A DNA stretch of 55,861 bases from Nanobdellota archaeon (lineage in GTDB: Archaea; Nanobdellota; Nanobdellia; Pacearchaeales; GW2011-AR1). Position 1 is the first letter of the stretch, and each line of letters opens with the position of its first letter. Where the stretch lies: positions 1 to 55,861 of the forward strand of contig DAHXOU010000029.1 of NCBI GenBank assembly GCA_027364705.1, given 5' to 3'. Positions 45,638 through 52,267 of this stretch are shown here, piece after piece. The notes under the pieces are model-generated. The model worked only from the letters and a program-made list of their open reading frames with translations. It searched no databases and was not told the origin of the DNA. The position numbers were made by a program, and so were the translations under genes.

Positions 45638-46412
45638 TAAAAAAATACTGCTTCAGTTAACTTTTGCCGAATATGAGGGAATTGGAACCTGGTATGAATA
45701 CCTTGCAAAATATAAACATTTCAAAAAATTAAAAGAAATAAAAAATATTTTAATTGCTGGTCTCCCCCAAGAATATGGGATTTCTTCAGAGATGATTTTA
45801 TTCTCCATAAATGGATGTAATATTACAGTTCTCGATAATCGTAAGAATAAACTTGAAAGCTTCAAAAAAATAGCAGAAAAATTTAACGTTGCTGATAAAA
45901 TAAAATTAGTTTATTCGGAAAATCTTGAAAAATTTCCTTTCAAAGATAATTCTTTTGATTTGGTTCTTAACACTGAAGTTATTCAGCGAGTTAATAATCA
46001 CAAAAAAATGGTTCAGGAGATGGAAAGAGTTTCCAGCAAACACATTTTTGTTTTTGCATCCAATGCTTATTATTATGCGCATTATCTGATTACTAAAATA
46101 AAAACTTTCAAACTAAAAGAACTAAAAAAATATTGTAGTTTAAAGATAATTGACTCGGGTTATTTGGATAGACCGCCTTGGCCCGCAGGAGTTGCTATTT
46201 CTTCATCAAAAATTTCTTTTACCGAAGGTAGCAAATCAAAAGAAAGAGAAACATATGAAAAAGAAAATAAAAAAGATAACTTCTTAATCTCTTTAATAAA
46301 AAATATATTTATTTCCATAACTCCCTCTCTTGTGGTTCTGGAATCTTTATGTCCTTCTCCCTTCAGGGAAATGTTTAGTCATATTTGTTATGTTCATCTT
46401 ATAAAAAAATAA
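45606..46412 (+). CDS. Class I methyltransferase-like protein with a degenerate SAM-binding loop
   Basis: 268 aa. FKDNSFDLVLNTEVIQRVNNHKKMVQEMERVS resembles Methyltransf_11 post-motifs, but motif I is poorly conserved (ILIAGLPQEYG). The start is uncertain (45606 or 45624). Confidence 0.4.
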   Translation: MNGTKKMVSSDKKILLQLTFAEYEGIGTWYEYLAKYKHFKKLKEIKNILIAGLPQEYGISSEMILFSINGCNITVLDNRKNKLESFKKIAEKFNVADKIKLVYSENLEKFPFKDNSFDLVLNTEVIQRVNNHKKMVQEMERVSSKHIFVFASNAYYYAHYLITKIKTFKLKELKKYCSLKIIDSGYLDRPPWPAGVAISSSKISFTEGSKSKERETYEKENKKDNFLISLIKNIFISITPSLVVLESLCPSPFREMFSHICYVHLIKK

Positions 46413-46413
46413 A

Positions 46414-47718
46414 ATGGGAAAATATACTGCTTATGGAGAGAAAGTAGACAATGAAATTCAAAAACAGCTCGACAAAATTTGTGAAGTTATTATAAAATAT
46501 GTCAAACCCGTTTCTATTCTGCTGATTGGCGGATTTGGGAGGGGAGAAGGAAGCATTATCTACAAGAAAAATAAATTTATCCCAATTAATGATTATGACA
46601 TTTATGCAATTACCTCTAAAAATTATCCTAACCCTTTGATAGAAAAAATGTGTGATGAAGCGAGCAAAAGTATTAACAAGAAATGTATTGATTTTGAAGA
46701 TTATTCTAACGACATGGAATACAGCATAGAAAAAACATTTTATCCAGATATAAGAGTGATAAATATTTCATCTCTAAAAAAACTTCCCTCTTTCTTGAAA
46801 TATTTTGAGATTAAATATGGTTCAACAGTTATTTACGGAAAAAATGTTTTAAAAGAAATGCCTAATTTTAATATTCAAAATATACCTAATACCGAGGGGT
46901 TCAGATTTTTAATGAATCGACTTTCACTGATGATAATGCATTTTTCTCCAGCATTCCTCCATTCTATAAATCCTTCAGATAAGGAAAGAGTTATTAACTT
47001 TAATTCAAAGATGGCTCTTAGTTGTGCAGAAGCACTTTTACTCTATTCAAAAAAATTTGTTGCAAGTTATAAAAAAAGAGCAGACATTCTGGAAGAAACT
47101 TATCGAAAAGATTTTCCTGAACTTTATAAAACAATTTCAAATCTTCCCGAAATTGTGAAAAAATACACAGATCATAAATTAAAACCAAATTATCAGGTTA
47201 AAGATTATCTTAATGATTGGTTTACTCTGAGAAATTATGCTGGAGAAATTTTAAAATTTTTAATTTTCAAAACAACAAATAAAAAAGCAAAAAACTGGTA
47301 CGATTTAGCTCAGATAATAAATAAACATTATTTCAAATATTATATTCGGGAATATGTAAAGCTGAAATTTAAAATAAGAAATAAAACCCTTTTGAGTTTC
47401 CTGACTCCTTTTGCCGACGCTACTCTTAATCTACTCTATATGTTAAAAATTTTTGAATCGACTAAAAAAATTTTATTTTCCCCTCTTGCTAATCCAATTA
47501 TTCCTCCAGATTTAAAATTATTTCCAGCAGCTCTTCTGATAATTTTTTCCCTTAATTTCGACGGCACCATCAATGAAAAAATGTTCAAAAAATCAAGAAA
47601 ATATCTGAAACAGGTTTATTTTGACAACCCCGAAATTTATTCTCAATTAAACTGGGAGGAGATGAGAAAATCATTTGGAACTGCTTTCAATTTCTATGGT
47701 TTTCAAAGATTGATCTAA
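46414..47718 (+). CDS. Pol-beta-superfamily nucleotidyltransferase-fold protein with a helical C-terminal region of about 300 aa
   Basis: 434 aa. LLIGGFGRGEGS-x12-DYDIY fits the hG[GS]-x9-13-DhD minimal nucleotidyltransferase signature (GlnD/GlnE-like GGxGRGE). Confidence 0.4.
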   Translation: MGKYTAYGEKVDNEIQKQLDKICEVIIKYVKPVSILLIGGFGRGEGSIIYKKNKFIPINDYDIYAITSKNYPNPLIEKMCDEASKSINKKCIDFEDYSNDMEYSIEKTFYPDIRVINISSLKKLPSFLKYFEIKYGSTVIYGKNVLKEMPNFNIQNIPNTEGFRFLMNRLSLMIMHFSPAFLHSINPSDKERVINFNSKMALSCAEALLLYSKKFVASYKKRADILEETYRKDFPELYKTISNLPEIVKKYTDHKLKPNYQVKDYLNDWFTLRNYAGEILKFLIFKTTNKKAKNWYDLAQIINKHYFKYYIREYVKLKFKIRNKTLLSFLTPFADATLNLLYMLKIFESTKKILFSPLANPIIPPDLKLFPAALLIIFSLNFDGTINEKMFKKSRKYLKQVYFDNPEIYSQLNWEEMRKSFGTAFNFYGFQRLI

Positions 47719-48872
47719 TGACTTTTGTAATAATCTGCCTTGACGGTTTTAAGTATGATTATCTTAAACAAACAAAATTTCTTAAGGATCTTGCATCAAA
47801 AAGCATATCTGGAAAATTGCATCACGGAGTTGGTTTTGTTTCTGAATTTTCAGCAATAACAGGGAAAAGTGCAGAACAATTAGGAATAATCACAAATAAT
47901 TTCAGCTTTGGGAAAGGGCTTAAATTTTTTAATTTCTTTAAATTTCTAGATAAACCAAATAATAAAAATTTTCGCCTCGTTCTGAACATACTTTACAACA
48001 TAAAAGAATTTCTTGTGGGAAATAATCAGCCTAAAAGTATATTTAATGTTCCATTAAAATATTCTAAATACTTCAATTTCCCTCTCAAGAAAAATTTCTT
48101 TGAAAAAAATTCATTCAGATTTCCGACAATCTTTGAACTTATGAAGAAAAATAAAAAAATTGTTTCGGGATATATGTGGCCGTTTATTTATGAACATAAT
48201 AAGACTAAGTTGGATTTTCTTAATCTCAGCGATAGCACAGCCAATGCAGACGAAAGAACTTTTCAAAAATCTATAAACCTATTAAAAAAGAAACCAGAAG
48301 TAATGTATATTCATTTTTTTTCCACAGACAATCTTGTTCACAGCTACGGTACCAATTGCAAAAAAACCGACGAATTAGTTAATAAATTGGATAAATATGT
48401 AGAAGAAATAAACAAATACGCAGAATCTCTTTTGATTTTTTCAGACCATGGGATGAAAGATATAGAAGAAACATGGGATGTTTGGAGTTTGATTAAAAAG
48501 ACAAATTTAATTTACGGAAAAGATTACATCATGTTTCTCGATTCAACTCTTGCAAGATTTTGGTTCAGAAATAAAAATTCCGAACAAATTATTAAAAATA
48601 TTCTGAATGATTCTGGAAAGGGAAAAATTCTGAACTTCAAAAATAAAGAGATTCATGACAGTTCGGGAGATTTAATTTTTCAGGTCAATCCCGGTGTTTT
48701 AATTCTTCCTAATTTTTATCAGTCCATTTCAAATAAAGCAATGCATGGTTATTCTGATGATTGCTCCGACGAACACGGAATTTTTTTATTCACTAAAAAA
48801 GGAATAAGACCTTCAAAAAAAGATATAAACATAGAAGAAATTTTTGAATTGGTTCTTTCAAATATCAGTTAA
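47718..48872 (+). CDS. Alkaline-phosphatase-superfamily enzyme, nucleotide pyrophosphatase/phosphodiesterase (NPP)-like
   Basis: 384 aa. N-terminal VIICLDGFKYDYL, FSDHGM, and C-terminal HGYSDD. These parallel the NPP metal-ligand motifs. TAATG coupling to the upstream gene. Confidence 0.65.
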   Translation: MTFVIICLDGFKYDYLKQTKFLKDLASKSISGKLHHGVGFVSEFSAITGKSAEQLGIITNNFSFGKGLKFFNFFKFLDKPNNKNFRLVLNILYNIKEFLVGNNQPKSIFNVPLKYSKYFNFPLKKNFFEKNSFRFPTIFELMKKNKKIVSGYMWPFIYEHNKTKLDFLNLSDSTANADERTFQKSINLLKKKPEVMYIHFFSTDNLVHSYGTNCKKTDELVNKLDKYVEEINKYAESLLIFSDHGMKDIEETWDVWSLIKKTNLIYGKDYIMFLDSTLARFWFRNKNSEQIIKNILNDSGKGKILNFKNKEIHDSSGDLIFQVNPGVLILPNFYQSISNKAMHGYSDDCSDEHGIFLFTKKGIRPSKKDINIEEIFELVLSNIS

Positions 48873-49668
48873 TCCTTTCTACAATAGAACTTATCTTCCA
48901 TCTTTCTGGAAGTTTTGAATGTGCCCTGACAATAAATTTGAAAGGAGAATGAACCATCCTAAGTCTCATTACAGAAAAAAATGTTTTTATCGGAGTCTTC
49001 TTGATATTCAGTTTAGAATTTTTTTTATCTTCCCATATGGTGGGTATAGATTTTATTTTTGCTCTTTCCCTTCGAAGATAAAATAGCAAATCAATATCAA
49101 AACTCCATTCACTTGAACCAAGTTTTGGAACAATCTTTTCGAGAATTTCTCTTCTGAAAATTTTTGCTCCGCACTGCGTATCTCTAAAGTTTATAATAAA
49201 TAAAGACCTTATTACAAAATTTCCAGCCCTTCCGATAAATCTCCTGAATAAAGTTTCTTTTGACCTGATGATACTTTTTCTGTTTCTTCTGTCTGCAATT
49301 GCCCCATCCGAACTTTTGGAATTTATTATCAAATCATAAAAACATTCGGGAGGAGTAGCTTCATCAGCATCAACAAAACCAATCAAATCAAATCTTTGTT
49401 TAATTCCCCACTTAAAACCCTGAATTACTGCAAACCCTTTTCCTCCCTGTTCAAATTCTAAATGGGTTATATTCTTGTTTTTATTTTCCGAGGATTTAAC
49501 AATCTCAAGAGTTCTGTCTTTACATGCATTAAGAACAACTAATATCTTAAAATTTCCTATCTTTTCTTCTTCCTTTAATGAATTAAAGAATTCTCCGTAG
49601 TGTTCAAGGGTTTTTTCTATTCTTTTTTCTTCATTATATGCCGGAATCACAATGCAAACCGTTTTCAT
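48865..49668 (-). CDS. GT2 dolichyl-phosphate hexose synthase-like glycosyltransferase
   Basis: 267 aa. VCIVIPAYNEEKRIEKTLE, VDADEATPP (DxD), and QCGAKIF motifs are typical of Dol-P-Glc/Man synthase-type GT2 enzymes. Confidence 0.8.
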   Translation of the reverse strand: MKTVCIVIPAYNEEKRIEKTLEHYGEFFNSLKEEEKIGNFKILVVLNACKDRTLEIVKSSENKNKNITHLEFEQGGKGFAVIQGFKWGIKQRFDLIGFVDADEATPPECFYDLIINSKSSDGAIADRRNRKSIIRSKETLFRRFIGRAGNFVIRSLFIINFRDTQCGAKIFRREILEKIVPKLGSSEWSFDIDLLFYLRRERAKIKSIPTIWEDKKNSKLNIKKTPIKTFFSVMRLRMVHSPFKFIVRAHSKLPERWKISSIVERIN

Positions 49669-49674
49669 GAATAA

Positions 49675-50637
49675 TCATTTCTCTGCCTGCAATCTTTTTA
49701 AGGATTTAGCGTCCAATTGGATTAGTATTATTGCTATTACCGACGGAATAATTGTACTGAAAAAAAGACTGAGTAATGACATTGAAAATACCTTTGTTGC
49801 CGCAACCCCAAAAAAACCAAACAGACTGATTAATGTTACTTCTCTAGTTCCAAGACCATTAATGCTTATTGGAATCTGAGCTACAATTGTTCCTATTGGA
49901 AGCAGAGCTAAAAAATATATAATCGGTAAATCAATTCCAATCGACAACCCCATAAAATAGGTAGTAATGTAAAGAAGCAGCCAATTAAACAGGTTAACCG
50001 CAAAAATTCCCAGCAAAAATCTTTTTTTTGGAATATCTTCATAAAATGATTCAAATGTCAGCCTGACTTTTTCTTTAAGAGTTTTTGGAATAAACTTGAT
50101 GTATATTACTTTTAGTAAGGCTCTTGTTCTCTCTTTTTTCATAAATATAATTGTAAATAGAAATATAACTCCCAATAAAATCGTAGACCATATAAGAAGC
50201 ATGTCTCCAAACTTATCTCTGAAAACAAATCCGAAAATTATTGTTATAAAAAATAGCGAAGATAAATCGAGAACCTTGTCAAGAACAAAATTACTCGTCC
50301 CCTTTCCGACGTTATTTGTATATCTCTTAAGATAATTTGCTCTAGTGATTGTCCCAATTCTCGAGGGAGTTATGAACCCATAAAAATTACTCATTAAATT
50401 TATCTTAACTGCTTCTCTAAAAGGAATATTTATTTTTTGTTTTCTTGCTATCAAAAACCACTTTAATGTCTGAATAAACAAAGACAAAACTACCAGAGGA
50501 ATTATAATCACTAAAAATAAAAAATTAATATTTTTTAATTCTTCACCTACTTTTGCTAAGTCCAATTTCAATAAAATATAAATGAAAATTCCTACTCCAA
50601 TAATCGGAAGAAATTTTTTCAACCTTTTCCAAATCAT
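49675..50637 (-). CDS. Flippase-like membrane protein (LPG_synthase_TM / UPF0104 family)
   Basis: 320 aa with about 8 TM helices. LKWFLIARKQKINIPFREAVKINLMSNFYGFITPSRIGTITRANYL is typical of this family, which is commonly adjacent to Dol-P/Und-P GT2 genes. Confidence 0.65.
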   Translation of the reverse strand: MIWKRLKKFLPIIGVGIFIYILLKLDLAKVGEELKNINFLFLVIIIPLVVLSLFIQTLKWFLIARKQKINIPFREAVKINLMSNFYGFITPSRIGTITRANYLKRYTNNVGKGTSNFVLDKVLDLSSLFFITIIFGFVFRDKFGDMLLIWSTILLGVIFLFTIIFMKKERTRALLKVIYIKFIPKTLKEKVRLTFESFYEDIPKKRFLLGIFAVNLFNWLLLYITTYFMGLSIGIDLPIIYFLALLPIGTIVAQIPISINGLGTREVTLISLFGFFGVAATKVFSMSLLSLFFSTIIPSVIAIILIQLDAKSLKRLQAEK

Positions 50638-50716
50638 TAAACTAACTACATTTTTGTTAATAAAAACCTTTTGATGTTTTCTAAATCTTTAAATAACTTT
50701 TATTCTTAATGATAAA
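50638..50716. promoter_or_regulatory. Divergent promoter region with two TATA-box candidates
   Basis: TTAATAAAAA (about 50657-50666, read on the minus strand as TTTTTATTAA) lies about 24 nt from the start at 50637. CTTTAAATAA (50688-50697) lies about 25 nt from the ATG at 50717. Confidence 0.4.
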
Positions 50717-51253
50717 ATGCCACAAGCAGTAACTCATTTTTTGATTCCAGTAATCTTGTTAGAACTATTCCGACATTTTTTTGTAAAGAATAAAAAATCT
50801 TTTCCTATTCATTATGTTTTTATCGGAGGTTTAGCCGGCTTAATTCCTGATTTTGACATAGCTCTTTATTATATCCTAAGTTTCTTCGGATTTACTTATC
50901 AAGAAGTTCACAGAACTTTTTTGCATACCTTATTTATTCCATTAATCTTTGTAATTTTATCTTTTCCCGTAGAGAAAATTAAAATAAAAAAATTAGGAGA
51001 GTATCATCTTAAACTGAAAAATATCTTCCTTGTTATTGCATTTGGTGTTTTAATTCACCTTATTCTTGATGCAACTATCTCTGGATTTATAATGCCTTTT
51101 TATCCTTTCTTTCTTTTTCCTGTAGGATTAAATTTAGTTAATCTTTTTCCTCTTCAATGGCAAAATAGCATAATTCCTACTCTTGATGCAATTTTATTAA
51201 TTATTTGGATAATTCACATAGAGCTAAAACATAAAATTTCTGATTTTTTTTAA
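50717..51253 (+). CDS. Membrane-bound metal-dependent hydrolase-like protein (YdjM/DUF457 family)
   Basis: 178 aa. N-terminal THFLIP, GLIPDFD, HRTFLHT, and HLILD motifs across 4-5 TM helices. Confidence 0.65.
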   Translation: MPQAVTHFLIPVILLELFRHFFVKNKKSFPIHYVFIGGLAGLIPDFDIALYYILSFFGFTYQEVHRTFLHTLFIPLIFVILSFPVEKIKIKKLGEYHLKLKNIFLVIAFGVLIHLILDATISGFIMPFYPFFLFPVGLNLVNLFPLQWQNSIIPTLDAILLIIWIIHIELKHKISDFF

Positions 51254-52266
51254 AACATCAAAGAAAATATTTTTAAAATATCTACTTCAAAAATTATAAA
51301 TCCCAAGACGATAATTAGAATTTGGAATAAATTTATCAGATGAACTACATCCTTCTCGTAAACTTTTTTATTTGGCTTAATTTTCTTAAGGAGATATATT
51401 GCTAAATGCTCCAAACCATAAATTTTTTTGTAAGGCATTTCGATGCTTCCATCTTCATTTACTTTTGCGAAACTTTCTTTTTTTAGTCTCCCTCTTGCCT
51501 TGAGAATTGTTTCAAGAATATATGGAATAAAAAAGAAAATTGCAATCTTTTCAATATCTCCTAAAATAGCAATTATTGCAATAAGTGCTCCTACTGGATA
51601 TGTTAAAGTATCTCCGGGAAAAACTTTTGCAGGATGTTTGTTAAAAATATAAAATGCGAATAAACAGGCAACCATTACCAATCCTATTATACTTAGCCAT
51701 CTGTTTCCCATGAGATAGGTTACAACTGAAAGCCCAGATAGAATTAAAATTCCCTGACTTGTTTCTAATTCATTATATCCTGCAAGAAAATTTAATGTTG
51801 AAGCTGCTCCGACAATCCCCAAAGGGATTAATAGGAAAGGATAAATTGCACCTAATTCTATTCCAGCAATTTCAGAATGCCCTGCATTTATTACCACTAA
51901 TGGAAGTGAAGCAAAAATCAAAAATATAATCCTGATTGGTTTATTGAGCCCGATTTTCCATCCAAGAATATCGTCGGTAAAACCAATAAATGAAACAATT
52001 AATATCACACTCATTAAAGAAAATATTTCTATTATATCTTCATATGATTGAAAATAAAAAGTTTTAACTGCAATATAAGTTAACAGCCCTAGAATAAAAC
52101 CCATAATCACACAAACTCCTCCTGCTTCTGCAACTATCCCTCCATTGATTTTGTTCATATCCTTTCCTGCTAATCCAACTTTTTTTGCTCTTTTAATCCA
52201 GATGGGAAGTGCAAATAAAGACAATAAAAATCCAAAAAATATTGGAATAAACAAAAGAATTTGCAT
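51250..52266 (-). CDS. Polyprenyl-phosphate HexNAc-1-phosphate transferase (MraY/WecA/Alg7-AglH-like GPT family)
   Basis: 338 aa with about 10 TM helices. GFTDDILGW Asp-Asp motif and FPGDTLTYPVG. The ATG lies 1 nt after the aglB stop. Confidence 0.8.
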   Translation of the reverse strand: MQILLFIPIFFGFLLSLFALPIWIKRAKKVGLAGKDMNKINGGIVAEAGGVCVIMGFILGLLTYIAVKTFYFQSYEDIIEIFSLMSVILIVSFIGFTDDILGWKIGLNKPIRIIFLIFASLPLVVINAGHSEIAGIELGAIYPFLLIPLGIVGAASTLNFLAGYNELETSQGILILSGLSVVTYLMGNRWLSIIGLVMVACLFAFYIFNKHPAKVFPGDTLTYPVGALIAIIAILGDIEKIAIFFFIPYILETILKARGRLKKESFAKVNEDGSIEMPYKKIYGLEHLAIYLLKKIKPNKKVYEKDVVHLINLFQILIIVLGFIIFEVDILKIFSLMF

Positions 52267-52267
52267 T

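Noticed and set aside
47718-48872. Alkaline-phosphatase-superfamily protein as a sulfatase matured by one of the SPASM (anSME-like) radical SAMs
   Set aside because: I see no C/S-x-P-x-R formylglycine motif. The N-terminal CLDGF..DYL and C-terminal HGY motifs fit the NPP branch, which does not need formylglycine.
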